In this document: one piece after another, positions 23,901-39,446 of the stretch | How positions within the stretch are numbered: the first letter of the stretch is position 1 | How the letters are laid out: every line of letters starts with the position of its first letter | NCBI RefSeq assembly: GCF_037042905.1 | Contig: NC_087250.1 | Location: forward strand, 12,712,001 to 12,776,000 | From: Lytechinus pictus | Lineage: Eukaryota | Direction of reading: 5' to 3' | Length of the DNA: 64,000 nt | Translations under genes and position numbers: made by a program | The notes under the pieces: model-generated | The model's database searches: none | Seen by the model: the letters and a program-made list of their open reading frames with translations, nothing else | Told to the model about the DNA's origin: nothing

Positions 23901-26900
23901 TTAGTGATGAATAGCAAACATGAGAGAAAACTTCTGATTGGTTCCTGGTCAGTATTCTGCGCCAAATGAGCGTGTAATGTTGATCTTGATTGGTCAGTTC
24001 ATTTAGCGATTGATCGCCAATCTTTGTGTTACAGAGCACATTGCCCATTATTCACAAGGAAGGCGATATAAACTTACCATCGACTGAGTAGTAACCTGGT
24101 TGACAAATGCATGCTCTTTCTTTACTGCACATCGTGTGTGGGAAGGGGCAATGGTCATCTACTATACACCCGACAGAAGGATAGCAGGTTCTCCCATTTC
24201 CTGTTTAAATCAAACGGACAATCACCATTTAATTCAACCAACCTATACCGGCATCATTGTTCACCTTTTTTGTGTGTTTCTCCTGACCCTGATAAAGTAG
24301 ATATATATTATTTTCAATTTGATAAACAAATAGCATTTGTTTATATATTTTTTTTCAAATTAAAGCGACCTTCCATTGACAAATCATGGGGAAATCAAGG
24401 CTAATCTCGGAACAGACAAGGGATTCAAGTCTTTCACTCGGCTGCATGCCAGGGGGTGTTATGTAATAGACGCCGGCATGTCTGGGAGGTATAATATAGG
24501 AGAGCATTAGTCAGTAGACTAACCAACCAGAAATAAACTGCGTGTTTTCACTTTGAAACATGTAACTTAACAGAGGTAATTTATTTTGGTTTAGCAATCA
24601 AGAGACCTGCTAAGAGTCTAGGAATTGGGATTGTGGGAAAATGGAACTGCGACGACCTGAAGTAAATACAATCAAGAGTTCAGTCAAATTTGTGCTGTCC
24701 GAACTTTTATCGCATTAGTCCGATGGGCTCTCATGACGGACGGATTATATTACGCAAGTCAAATTGGCCTTTTGCAAATTTTGTATTGATTCAATTTCCC
24801 CATGATTTGTCAAAGACAGGGTGCATTAATTCAAGCAATTATAAACTTATTTGATCCACAAAGAGTTCTATCATGGTTGCAAATATCTAAGACTACTGTT
24901 ATCCCACGTTACCTATATCTAGTTTAATTTCACCTTACATATTAATTTATGTAGCATTACCACAATGATTTTATTATTTCCACATGTCCTTTTCGGTATA
25001 TGATTAGCAATGTTGTAACATACATGTAGGTAAATTGCCAAATCGTCAACTGCCAACTCGTCTACTTATCACATGGTCTATTTCGTTTAGTCTAATGCCG
25101 TTCTGTCCATCACCATTTCGTCTACCAACCATTCGGTCCAAGTACCATTCGGTCAATCATCACTTCGTCTAATCACCATTTCGTCTCATAACCAGTTGGT
25201 CTAATATCCATTTCATTTTCATTCATTATGCACAAATAACACTTAGTCCAAATCAATGGACTAAATGGCTATTGGACCAAGTGTTTATTACACGAATTGG
25301 CGAGTGGACGAATTGGCAATTAGACCATGAGGATAGTGGACGAACTGATGGTAGACCAAATGATAGTAGACAAGTTAGAAATTGGACGAATTGGAAATAA
25401 ACCGTTACATAGATTTTGTGTTTTGCTTTGTCAAAGATTCCACAATTCAGCCCTTTGCTGTGTTGAAATTTTCTTAATAAATCAATTCAATCAACTTAAT
25501 CAAGTGGTCCTGAACATACCGGGTAAGGTTAAATCCAGCCATGATGGCATTTGATGATTTGGGAATTAGACAATCTGTTTTTTCTGTTTTATGGTAACTC
25601 CGTAGGAGCTCGGCAGGACAGCTTTTTGCTGGTAAACGCCAAGCTGTTATATAACCAATTACCTAGGAAACACTTTACGTCTAGGTTAATCAGTCAAAGT
25701 GGCTGACCTTATAGACGACAGGTATTTCTCTCTGGCCTTATAATCAAAGTGGAGACAATGGCAGATTGGCAATTCGAACTCACAACCTTGCGATTATGAG
25801 TCCAATGCTCTAACCACTGGACCACACGATCTGCCATTAGACCAAGAGAATATATAACACCATTCTTTTTTTTTTACCAAGAAATCCTGAAGAACACTTG
25901 CAGACACCGTTATCACAGTAGCTCCCTAGAGAGGTGCAGTCAGGGACACAGTCTAAAGATGGAGGGGGTTTCACGGTCTCGTCACAGCCCCCTTCTACAA
26001 TCAGGATGTTACCGCTTGCATCTAGAAAGAAGGAATATTTAAGGGGGCGATGTGTTGGTAAGTTATTGCATTCTCCAGGCAAGAACTGGGCTCCGTAACA
26101 CAAAGATTAGCGACTAATCGCTAAATTAAATGACCAATCAAGATCAAGTTACATACGCATTTGGCAAAAAATACTGACCAGGAACCAATCAGAAGTGTTC
26201 TTTCATAATTGCTTTTCATCACTAAGCTTTGAGTTATGGGGCCCAGATGAGATTGATTTGATTTGTGATTTCAAAAAGGATCGGTCCCAAAGCTCTGGTG
26301 ATGTCGTTATTAAGAAAATCTTAAAAAGGCAAACTTCAGACCAAAAATGAGGTGATAAAAGGATTATTTCATGAGATTACAAACTGCTTGTGAGGGCTTG
26401 CCGGAAAAGACATCACATTTTAGTTTGTCACTGTTTGCTAAATTATATTGTGGATGCCATGGTTTATCAAAATTCTAAAACTGTGCTACTTTTTTGTTGT
26501 ACTCTGATAGACAAAATGAGTTAGCTATTCATTCGGCTGGATTAAAAGCTTTAGTTTGATATACTGAACTCATGTTTTGGAAGCTTCTTTGTGTTTCAAA
26601 TTATAACATTTGTCACTCAAACAACTCCTTGCGATATACTTTTCTTCATTTTAATACTCACCTAATGTCTCACACCAGATGTCTCTAGATCGTGTTGCTT
26701 TATCCCACTTTCCTACTGCCCATCTAAACACAGGGCAGCTAGCGCTTACAGCTGGGCAAGATCTACAAGAAAATGGTGGAAATACTGCACTTCAAGTCTA
26801 TTAATATTTTTCTCCACTCTAAGCATGAGAAGTTTTCGCATTTATCATAGAAATTAAATAAAATGAACTTGTTGATTATGACTAAACAAGGTAAACACAA

Positions 26901-29900
26901 AATGTGACCATTTAAGACAGGTGACTGACATATAATGGTGGTCCAAAGTCTGCGACTAACAAATTGAGTTAAGATTTAACATGAATTTCTTTTTATTTCA
27001 CAAAATCTTTCAGTTGATAATGTTCCTTACATCATTATGAGTTAGTGTGCCAAATATCTCATAAAGATTTGAAAGAAATATATGATTTTCTTGGAAAAAA
27101 TCTTGGGCAGTCATTTTCAGATTGAACATAAAAATAGTGCCCCATGTCTGCGCACCCATTCACTTTGGACTCGATTCTGGGATTTTTATGAGAGAGGTTG
27201 CAGAGAGGGAGCGGCCCCCCCCCCCCTCTAACAAAGTACATGTAAGGTTCTACCAAAAACTTTACTTATCTCATTATACATTAAGGACGTTCCACAGTTA
27301 TGTTTGTGCGCATTATGATCTGCGCATAGTTTACACTCCGCGCGCTGACGTCACAATGGATGAACAGGTGATTAATAAGCTGCGGGTATGTGCTGATTTT
27401 TCTCATCTTCTGCACATTAACTGCAGATCCGATGCATTATTTCATGAAGCTAAAAAATTGAATTATTCCATGGACCATTAAAAAAAAGATTCTCTACAAT
27501 TTCAAAATACTTTACTCTGCAGTGCTGCCAAGAATCACGAATATCACCCCGAGTTTGAATAAATGGTAGAGTGGTTTTGATTTTTTCTTCACATAGATAC
27601 AAAGCATTCGGCGCATTTTTGGTGTTTTAAAAAGCACATTTGCTCTAATAAAAATACTGATAGTTTAAAAACAAGCACATGAAGCCCTATTTTTTAATGT
27701 TTGCACCTCTTTGGTATACCTTCCTCTACAACTCTACAAATTTTGGTGAAAATGACATGGATTTTGAATAAAGTGCAGCATTTATTGTACTTTTGTAGTT
27801 TGTTACTGAAATTTCACATTTTTTAGATTGGGATTTTGTTATCTTTTACATCATTTTTAATTACTGACAGTGCTGTTAAACTAAAAATTGCAAACAAATA
27901 GCACTATAAATATATTCTCCATTCTAACGATACAATTATTAACTCTCTTGCGAAATTTGATGACTTTTTCATGTATTTTGACTGAGTAATACAGGTTTAA
28001 ACTCATTGTAGTAATCTTGGGCGGTCTAAAAATGCCAAATTCTTTTGAATGCGCAATTCTTAAAGGTCAAGTCCACCCCAGAAAAATGTTGATTTGAATA
28101 AATAGAGAAAAATCAAACTAGCGAAACGCTGAAAATTTCATCAAAATCGGATGTATAATAAGAAAGTAATGACACTTTAAAGTTTTGCTTATTTTTCACA
28201 AATTTTTCTCAAATGAGAAAGTTGATGATGTCCCTCACTCACTATTTCTTTTGTTTTTTATTGTTTGAATTATACAATATTTCATTTTTTTATAGATTTG
28301 ATAATGAGGACCAACTTGACTGAATCATATCGTATTAAACAATGCTCATTTCACATGTTTAGGGAGGAATTAATCGTTGTTTCACTTGACAATGAGGAGA
28401 AAAAAAATATTCCCTATTTTTTTACAATAAAATACAAAAGAAATAGTGAGTGGATGACGTCATCAGTCTCCTCATTTGCATACCCACCAGGATGTGCATA
28501 TAACTGTTTTGCGAAATTAAGCAAAATTTTAAAATGTCATAACTTTCTTATTTTACATCCGATTTTGATGAAATTTTCAGCGTTATGTTTGTTGGATTTT
28601 TCTCTATTTGTTCAAATCACCTTTTTGTTGGGGTGGACTTGTCCTTTAAGAACATCAATTTGGGTGAACTTTGAAGTTCTATAGCAAAAAATCAAGCACA
28701 TGGACCTATGTTAATTTTTGCATATTTCGAATATTAAGGTTCTAAAGTATCTATGTGCAAAGTTTGGTGAAAATGACATGGATTTCACTTTAACTGTGGA
28801 ACGTCCTTAAATGTACCTTGAACTGATTAGATTGGTGGTACACGGCTTGCCTCCCGTCACTGGTGGACTGGTAACAACTCTCACCCTCGTCTTCTGACCA
28901 CTGATACTGGAGTTGAAGCAGTTACCAGTACAAGATGAGTACGGAGACCATTCTGACACCTAGTAAAAAAACAAATACATGGGAGATTGGTAACAACTTT
29001 CATCCTAGTTTTCTGACCACTGATACTGGAGTTACTGCAGTTAGCAGTACAAGATGTGTATGGTGACCATTCTGATAACTAGCAAACAAGAAATACATGT
29101 ACATGAGAGAATGGCTACAAATACTTTGCTAACTTATATTCAGCTTTCAATCAACATGAATCATTAGAAAAGAAGGGGATTAATGGAATTATAATAACGA
29201 GAAAATGGGGCATTTTTTATCATTTGATGCCACATATTGAATATTCTTAAGGTTCGGGGGGGGGGGGGGGGGGGGGTAGATGGTCCGAGTGATTTTTAAG
29301 AATGCAAGAAAATTGTAAAAATGTATCTCACCAGACAATCCCCTGGACACCAAGTGGTACACTTGCGAGAAGTGGCTAGATCCAGAGCAGACCGGTTGAA
29401 AGCAGATCCAAGTGGGTTGACCACATCATTGTTCAAAGCTTTGCATAAAAGAACACAGAATGGAAAGAAATTTGTAACTTTTTTAACAACAGTGAGTGAA
29501 GTGTCTTACATCAGAAAAATTAGATAACATATCGTAGTGGCAGACCATTATTTAAGATAATAATCTCTAGACTGAAAAACACACAAACTAAAAAGCTCTC
29601 ACCGTTCAGATAGCAATATTCCCAGTCTACCGTAAGTCCATCACTGCGTTGGCATTCAACGAGTCTCATCTCTTGTCCGACTCCGCAACCAGCCTTGGTA
29701 TCAAATTGGCAGGCGCTCCAGTTTCCTTTGTACCACATATAGGTGAAGCAAGGTTTGATGTTGCAAGGCCTTGTCTGGTAAGAGATGAACGATTTAAAAT
29801 GAAATATGGAAGTGTATAATCAAATACAACCATTTAATTTTAATAGGCCCATTCATACAGCTCCGAAAATATTTCAATATCATCTTCCTCTTCCTCCTCT

Positions 29901-30317
29901 CCCTCTTCATCCTCATAGTCATTCCATTCCTTACATCATCTCTTCCATCATTGTTGTCATCAACACATTATCCTCACAACTCCCACCACCACCACTGACA
30001 TCAATATCTTCAACGTCATCATCAACATGCTACGTCATCATCATATCCATCACTATCAACATCATCAACATCGTCATCTTAATTGCCATCGTCATGCATG
30101 TCATCAATATCATAATCATCTAATTTTCCTTCATCATCCATGTCAATGTCATTGATAACAAAATCACCATCATCAAGATCATAATTATCATCAACACCAT
30201 CATCATCACCAGCATATCCATCACCATATTCAATATTACCATTATCATCATCATCCTCATCATCAAAATGATGATGATCATCATCACCATTATTATCATC
30301 ATCATCATCATCACCAC

Positions 30318-30355
<38 letters not shown>

Positions 30356-33300
30356 CCTTCATCTTCATCATCACCATCATCATCACCATCATCATCATCA
30401 TCACCACCACCATCATCACCATCAGATCTGCATCTTCATCCTCCTAACCACCTTACCTCATTGAGGCTATGTGCATCCTGGCATCTCCGACCGTGCCCGG
30501 AGGACCTGGTGACGATCTTCCGAGTCCTGAACGTGATGCCATTGGTCCCACAGATCGCGCTGCAAGATGACCATGGTGTAAACGCCCCAAGTTGACAATC
30601 TATTGGACATTCAACCATGCATGTTTCATGGGTCGTGATGTTTGCGTGTTGGCAGCGGTCCATGGTCACGGGGATGTTGGCAGCGTTGACGCAGTTAAGA
30701 GTTCGGAACCGGGTTCCTAGTGGTAAAGGAGAGGTAAACAGCGTTGAGATTGTTGACAATAATATCTCTTTGTGGTGAGATGATCATATTTTGACCAAAA
30801 CTATGTGACCTTTGACCTTGTTCTTAACTTGCAATCAGATCATTGGCTTTCCGATATGTACACATTATTCAAGATTGAAATAATTTTATCAATAAAACCA
30901 AGCTTCAGTTATCTTGTGAAAAGATATTTCAACACAAGTTACTTTGACCGTGTGACTCACAAAACTAATCAGATCATAGTCAATCTTGTATGAGTAAATG
31001 GAACAAATTTAGTAGTGTAGTAGGTTTCATGGTCCACCATCTATCTTTCTAGGGCGAGTGTTGGTCCTGAAAAGGACCACCCAATCTAAGATCTCAGATA
31101 TTATGACCCAATCTCAGATTGGGTGGTCCTTTTCAGGACCAACACTTGCCCAAGGAAGATACATGGTGTACCGTAAAACCTACTACATTATTCTTCTTCG
31201 CCATGGAAACCTTCAGAAGTCATTTAGTCATTACCTATAAATTTAATTACTGCACAAATGAAAATGGAACAGAAAGATGTAAGAGCAACTGACAACCTGA
31301 AAAGAAAATACCTCTGGCAATCATGTGATGCTTGTTGCCATAGTAGAGCATGCTATTTTATTCATGAGTCAACTCAGGGGCAGATCCAGGATTTTCCAAC
31401 GGGGGGGGGGGGGGGCACATTTTCCAGAGGAAGAAAAAAGGTGTTCACCCCAAAAGTAGGACATTTCATCCAAGAAAAATTTTTAAAGCAAGGTTTTCAC
31501 TTTCAGGGAGGGGGGGGGGCACGGGTCAGCTGTACCCCCCCCCCCTGGATCCGCCAGTGAGTCCATCGTTAAGAACAGTGGATTTATTGGTTCAAAAGAG
31601 TGGACTTGTTAATAAAATTTGGCGCACATCACTCTGACAAAATCACGCATCAGCATTGGAATTGTTTAATATATGCAGTAAATTAGGCGCAATTCATACA
31701 GGAAATCTGCATAAACCATGAGTTCAACAGACGGTTTCAAAACCACCATTGTGAATTTGTGCCATATCGGTCTTTAAGCTATGCACAACAATACAGACAA
31801 CTAAAGGCCTCGTACCTCTCCCGCACTCTCCCTGGATGGGCCTGCAAGTGCTCCACTCTCCCGTAGCCAGCGTGAAGACCGATGCTAAGCAATCCACCTG
31901 AGAACAGGCTTCAGTCTGCCTGATTGGTATGCAAGGCTGCAGCTCGGCATCAGGGCGAATCACGATCCTGCTCCGAGATTTTTTGGCGCTCGTGCACGGC
32001 TGACTGCAGCTTGTAAATGCGGACCACTCGCTGAAAACGCATTCACCTATATTAGGCATAAAAGAAATGAGGTTTGTGTAAGTGAAAAAAAAAATATGCG
32101 TGACCCCTGCATTACACACAGACAAAAGACGGGGAATGCAAAAAAATTGAATTTGTTTGTACAAACTAAAGAAATATCTGGAGAGTTTTTCTCCTCTTTC
32201 AACTAATATCATCTTCTAAATATTCTCTATCATCTCATTCAAACAATCATCATCATTATTCAAAGAATCATCATCATCATTATTATTACCACCATTATCC
32301 CCTTTACTACCACAACCACCAAACATCATCATCACCATCATCATCATCATCACCATCACCACAATCACCACAATCATCCTCCTTATCATAATTATCATCA
32401 CCATCATCATGTTGATCACTATTGATGCTCGGCCACTATTATCACCACCAGCACCTTCATCATAGTCACCATCATCATCATCTTCAGCATCATGATCAAC
32501 ATCATCGTCATCATTATCATTATCATCAACATCATCATCAACACCATCATCATAACCACCAGCACCCTTATCATCATTACCATCATCATCACCACCCTTA
32601 TCATCTTCATCATCAGCACCAACATCATCATCATTATCATCATCATCAATCATCATCTTCAGCATCATTATCACCATCATCATCATTATCATCATCACCA
32701 TTACCACCATCATCACCACCCTTATCATCATGATCACCATCATCACCACTACTGCCATCACTATCATCATCATTACCTTGGCAGGGTAAATGACAAGCCT
32801 GCGTCAGAGGCGGCCTTGGTGTTCTCCCTTGACACAAGCTTTCGTTCCCAACGCCTGCTGGACAATTTATGGTTCTGGACTGAGTTCCTGCTCCACAATT
32901 AGTCTTCAGATCTGTAGGTAGACAGGGCGCCCACTAGATCAGAACACAAAGAGAGGACAGTACAATTATTGCATACTTTTCTCTGAATAACCGGGGAGAA
33001 ATGATCCCTGTCCCCAAAAATCTACATCCCCAAAGACCTCTAGCATCCGTATCCATACAGAAGTTGAAACCAGGTGGGTGTTTGATATAAATGTTTGTAA
33101 GTTACGAACTAACTTACGATTGACTGGCAATAGATGTACCTTCTTGTGCTTTACATAAATCAATGAGAAACAGATTATAGCATCCAAGATGGTATCATCT
33201 TTAGTTTGTAAAGTCACTTGTCAAAAGTCCAAACTGCATCTTTCGTGCAAGAATTCAGCAAGTGGCCTCTCATTACCAATTCTCACACTTACTGGTATTA

Positions 33301-36300
33301 GACAAAGCTGCTATAAAAAGACACAAACAGGATTCCCAGCTTTTCAAGAAGAAAAAAATTCCCTGATGAAGTTTAAAAATTCTCTGATAATCATTCAAAC
33401 CCATTCCCAGTTTCGCATGTTTTCTAAGTTGTTGCAGTGAATTACATGTACATTCAGTATAAAAACAATAATGTAAAACTAATATTAGTACTATTTCACA
33501 GGCACCATAACCACCATTACCAGTCATTCAATGGATGTTGTTTTAATATGCAACAAAATATAACAGAGTCTGACTGACTACCATGCTTTCAACTTTTGGG
33601 CCGATCAAAATTTCTTGATTTTTCTCTCAATATGAGGCATTTTTCTCTGATTTGAGGTATTTTTAAATCAAAATCCCTGATTTTTCCCTGACTGGTAAAA
33701 GGTAGAATAATTTTCCCTGATTTCTCTGATGGGCTGGGAATCCTGACAAAGTGGCCCGTATTGAGTTGTGGTTTATCTATGGAGAGCCAATTGGAACACA
33801 AATCCCTTACAGCACAAATTCAATTCATTAACTCACATGACACCCAAATTATTCATAAATGTCTCAGGGGAATGATAACTCAAGTATCTTTCTTCATTAT
33901 GAAAGCAAAAGGAAACAAAATGATAAACATGAGAAATATATAATATAAACATAATTTTTGAATTTTTGGCACCCTATAATTCAAGCACAGAGTTAGACCC
34001 TGCCTGGTCTAAGTTAAACCTGACTTCAGAATACGGGCCAGTGACTTTACTGCGGGTCTCCTGCTAAAAGACGCCACGCAGACTTGTCTCAAGGTACGTT
34101 AGCAAAGTGGTTTCAGTAAGGCATCTTACCTCTGAAATCTCCCATTCTATTAGGTCACATGATCTCTCGAAGCACATCTGTGTGTCCGTCAATAGAGGGC
34201 AGGCTCTACCTCCCTGGACTGGATTCACCATTATTTCTCTCGTTCGCGTCCTCTCTCCTACAAAAACAAGCCATATTTCAAATTGAAGGAATCGAGCATA
34301 AGAATACAAGTATGACCCAAGCCAATGATAGTTCATTTCAAGTACTGTAAATCAAGAAAACACAAAATGGCCCTTGCGTATGTCCAATGCAGATTTTGGT
34401 CAGTGCTTCATTCATTTTGGGCAATTTGGGGTAAAATTCTGGGATAAATAAAACGCAATAAAGGCTCATATAATATATAGCAACAGTCCCAAGCTTGAAC
34501 TCAATTTGGTCAAGAAGAGAAAGAAGTTTGATCGGTAAGTAATCTTATAATAGATTTGTCTCTGGATGCCGCACGATTGATTTTCTAAAAGTCTCAAGCT
34601 ACAGTGTATAATGTGAGATGTCAATGGAATGTTGAACCCATAAAGGTATGCAGCTTCCACGAGGTCAAAATCAATCTTACTTTGCTCCTAATATTGGCAA
34701 CAATCATCAATTTTTCTTTACATTTTGACCAGTGAGTAAGCTCCCAAAGAATTGAACACTGGACATTGCAAAGGCAATTGTGGATTGGTCAAAATGTAAT
34801 GTATGAACAAGTCTAATTTGAAATTCTGGTATTAGCGGTTCATATAAGGTGGACATACCTTGACCACAAGCCTGTGAGCATGATGACCAGTTTGACCATT
34901 GAGTGACCTCACAATCGATGGAACACTGGACGGTACAGGGGTGTTCTTGCAAGGGTCCGGTCTGGGATGGGTCGAGAGACTGACAGAAGAGGTCAGCGAC
35001 CTGGACGTAATCGTTCCTGATGCAGATTGCCGCTCGACTCTGCTTTCCAGCTCCACATTGCATTCCTGTACATATTAATGACAGATTTCCATGTGTTCAG
35101 TGCACTCTAACAAATGGTTGCATATAATCATATACATCTAAAGCTGCAGTTAAGTGACAAGTCAACGGTGAAAGGTAAGCATATTTTCAGAATTTGCTCA
35201 GTTTGGGATAATAATCATCATACATTGTAAGTGCAAAGATTTATCACCCAATCTTTCAAAGTTTGCGCAATGAGAAATCAATCAAACTGCTTATCATATG
35301 GAAAACCAATTACGAGCGACGCTAGCTGACCAGTGTTATTTGATTGGTCAGTATGTCTGCTATTTGTCTAGGTGAAGCAAGTAAGGGAAAATGACAGATT
35401 GAGGACCTAAAATTAACTACTTTGAAAAATACATTCATGACGCAGGGTGTTATTGTTGGGATAAAATTCAGGAGACCCAGTAAAAGTCTATGACTTTGGA
35501 TTAATTTGAAGACACAAAGTAAACGACCATCATGAGTTTACTTGAATAGAGTACCGAAGCGATGATTTCAGTTGCCATGGTGTCATTTTCAGACGAGCCA
35601 AAGTCATTTGCAAATACAAATGTGTACAGACGATCGTCAGCTGCGACCCAGCCAGCCCAGCATGACACCATGGCAACTGACGTCACACTTAGGTACTCTA
35701 TTCGTGCTATCTGAATTTTTATCATAATAGTCCGACAGGCTCTCATGATGGACAGAGTACTACAGGCAAGACAAAAAGCCTTTTCAGAATTTCACATCAA
35801 TCCGTACAAAATGGAGCAAAAATTATTTTCAATAAGTACATTGTATATTCACTCGTTAAATGCTTTGACAGACCTTCAGGTAGTAGGCAGGTTGTCCAAG
35901 GTCCGAAGGTCCAGGAGTAGATGGATGATTGCAAGCCGCAGGACAGGAATTCATGAAGATCACTGTCTGCTATGTGAGGACATAGCTCACTCAAGCTATC
36001 CGTCATCGCTGAAAAATAGGAAGAAAAATTCTATGTAAGAATACAAAAAATTTAATTGCTAAACAGGAAGTAAAACTAACTGTTACACTGGGCAGATTCT
36101 ACGCTTACTGGGCAATGACCTGGAGGGGTGTTTCACAAAGATTTAAGTATGACTTGGAGTTGCACTGAAATTTCTACATGTAGTTGTGCGCGGTATAAAA
36201 GGCATGACCTCATTGGTCAGATCATGCCAAGAGGACAAGCACTACTGCACACTGATCAATAAGAATTTGCGTTGCATATCATGCACACGTCGGCATTTAA

Positions 36301-36485
36301 GTGCGCCTCTAATGCATACTTAAATCTTTGTGAAAAAAACCCCAGGTATGTAAAAGATGGCTTGAAATTCAGTATGCAAGGACTACGGTACTACTACTTC
36401 ACTACTATTAATATTGCTGTAATTAATACTACCATCACTGCTAAAACCACCACTACTACATGTACAACTCCTACTACTACTACTT

Positions 36486-36522
<37 letters not shown>

Positions 36523-38899
36523 AACTACTACTACTACTACTACTACTACAACTACTACTACATGTTCTAGTAAAATTACATGTACTACTTCTTTTTTTAC
36601 TACTTCTACTACAAGTAGTATTTCTACCGCTACTCTACTACTTTTACTACTAAAACAAGTACTACTACATGTACTACTTCTATTAGTACTACTTCTACTA
36701 CTATTACTACAACTACAACTAATACTACTACGACGACCTACCAACCAACCTATCTACTACTACAACTTCTTACAAGATTGTTTCAAAATGCATACATATT
36801 AAACTATTAACTTTATTACTTTATACAATAAACCTCGTACTACTACAATTCATATTTGTTAGTATCATTACAGGTAATCAAAATCATTCATTCATCACCA
36901 TGATACAATCGTTACTTACAGACGCCAACGATGTCCCTCGTTCTCATCCTACAAAAGTTTCTGAAGGATTCTGTGCCGCAATTGCTCTGGCACGGACCAA
37001 ACTCTGACCATTCCGAGAGCAGGCAGTCCCCACCACAGGGTACGTAGCATCGCTGGGTAGGGGTGGGTGGGGGCAGCCTGAAATCCTGAAGACACATGCC
37101 TGGGTGATTAGAAGAGAACAAGTTTTTAAGAGTTACTTCAATCTATTGAATTGAATTCAATACTGGTTTTATTGTGAATGGTTACATGACAAAAGTCCGA
37201 ATTCAATTTAATTCAATTCTGGTTTTATTGTGAATGGTTACATGACAAAAGTCCGAAGACTCGTATCATCTTTACAAAGTAAAAACAATGTACATGTATA
37301 TCATTACACAATACAGTAAATAGAATAATAAAATGACATTAAAATTTTAAAAAAAAATGTTTAAATGTTATGATATTAAAGGCGGGCAAAGACCAAACTA
37401 AAAAAAACAAGACAAACCCTACGCAAAAAGAAATAATTGATTCTTCATTTTTTTCAATTGTAAGTTTTTCAGAAATCCCAGACAATCCCCATCGCAAGTC
37501 AAGTTGCGGAAAAGAGAGTAGAAATAGAAAAACCACAAAAAATACTAGTTTTCCACCCCCCTCCCCTAAAAAAACCCCTCAAATACACCAAAAGTGGTGA
37601 CAACATGAAATGAAGAAGTTAATTTTAACAATTGGTAAAAAAAACTTCTTGATATTCCCAAATAAAAATGGAAATCATATTGGCAAAACAGGGGGAATTT
37701 CCAACAAGAAAACGGCACTTGCCAACTTCTGATTTTTTTAAATGTATACTGTAAAGAGAACTCCTGTAGACAAATAAAGTCAAATGATCTGCTCAGAGAT
37801 TATATGTAGGTTCAAACAAAGAAAATTATCAGAACTCTGTGGAAATAATATTTTAACGAATTTTGCCCATAGGGCTTTGTCAAGTCATGATAAATTTATT
37901 AGACACTGTATATCATCAAAGACTCACCATCTTCGGCCACCAGACCGTCGCTACGGCCGCAGTGGACCTCCCTGGTCTGTAGACCCTTCCCGCAGCTTGA
38001 CCCGATGACCTGACATGCTGACCAGCCACCAGTAACCCATTGGAATGTATAGCAAGGCTCGATGTCAATACATGGTGTGAACTGGGTAATGATACCTGGA
38101 AGAAATATAAATATTACATAGGTTATGTAGATTCGAATCAGTGATAGGTCAATACACCATCACGTGACCATAACTGCGAGGATCGCATTTGTTATATTCT
38201 AGGCTTTGACGTCACCTCAGGGAATATACTGCGTTGTATTGTCAATTGCGGCGTTATATTCACTAAGGTGACGTCACTCGCTGCATACAAGTTGCGTAAC
38301 AAGGTAGTTTATTTGATGTACGCGCTAATGTAAACGCGTCGATTGCATGAAGTACGCGCTTGATGTATTTAAAAAAAAAATCTATTATGACGTAGATGGA
38401 TTAGAGCTGTAGCAAGAATTTCGGGTTTGAGCCAGATGATGAATGCAATTTCTGATGGCGAATCCACATAGACTATATAATATAACAGATATTGCCTGGT
38501 CTATCGTTTTAATAAATAACATTTCAACTCCCCTCCGAAGCTATATTTTCCCTCGGGATGATATTTTCCCTCAGCGCTGCGCACTGGGAAAAATATAACT
38601 CCGTCAGGGAGAGGAAATGTTATATTCAAACTCTAGGTAGGCAATATCTGTATAATATTTGCTTAGTATCGGCCTTACAAAACACCAATGATGCAATACT
38701 CACTGGAACAGTGTAAATATGTTCTATTCATTATTTTTGTCTTCAAAACAGTATTCATATTTTCAGTGTCATTACAAATGAATAGCAGCAGCAGTAGAAG
38801 GATTAGGATAAGTAGTAGTAGCAGTAGACGAGTCTATACTGATAGTAGTAGTAGAAGTTGTAGTAGTAGTGGTTGTTGCAGTAGTAACGGTAATAGAGA

Positions 38900-38941
<42 letters not shown>

Positions 38942-39027
38942 CAGTAGCAGTAGCAGTAGCAGTAGCAGTAGCAGTAGTAGTAGTAAAAGTAGTAGTAGTA
39001 GTATAAGTAGTAGTAGTAGTAGTAGTA

Positions 39028-39097
<70 letters not shown>

Positions 39098-39135
39098 CAG
39101 TAGTAGTAGTAGTAGTAGTAGTGGTAGTAGTAGTG

Positions 39136-39194
<59 letters not shown>

Positions 39195-39298
39195 GGTAGT
39201 AGTAGAAGTGGTAGTAGTTAGTAGTAGTAGTGGTAGTAGTAGTAGTGGTAGTAGTAGTAGTAGTAGTAGTGGTGGTAGAAGTAGTAAAAGTAGTAGTA

Positions 39299-39353
<55 letters not shown>

Positions 39354-39358
39354 TAGTA

Positions 39359-39446
<88 letters not shown>

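Noticed and set aside
25759..25835. Possible tRNA-Met gene
   Set aside because: Anticodon and T stems are mispaired and it runs into a body repeated at 10366-10701, so it is a SINE head.
29806..32902. His/Met/Asp/Ile-rich ORFs (also 51925-52714 and 36272-36802)
   Set aside because: Products of (CAT)n or (TAC)n repeats.
38105..38656. Possible additional TIR element (atattgcct motifs, CpG-rich interior)
   Set aside because: Probably a repeat, but I could not define its termini or TSD with confidence.
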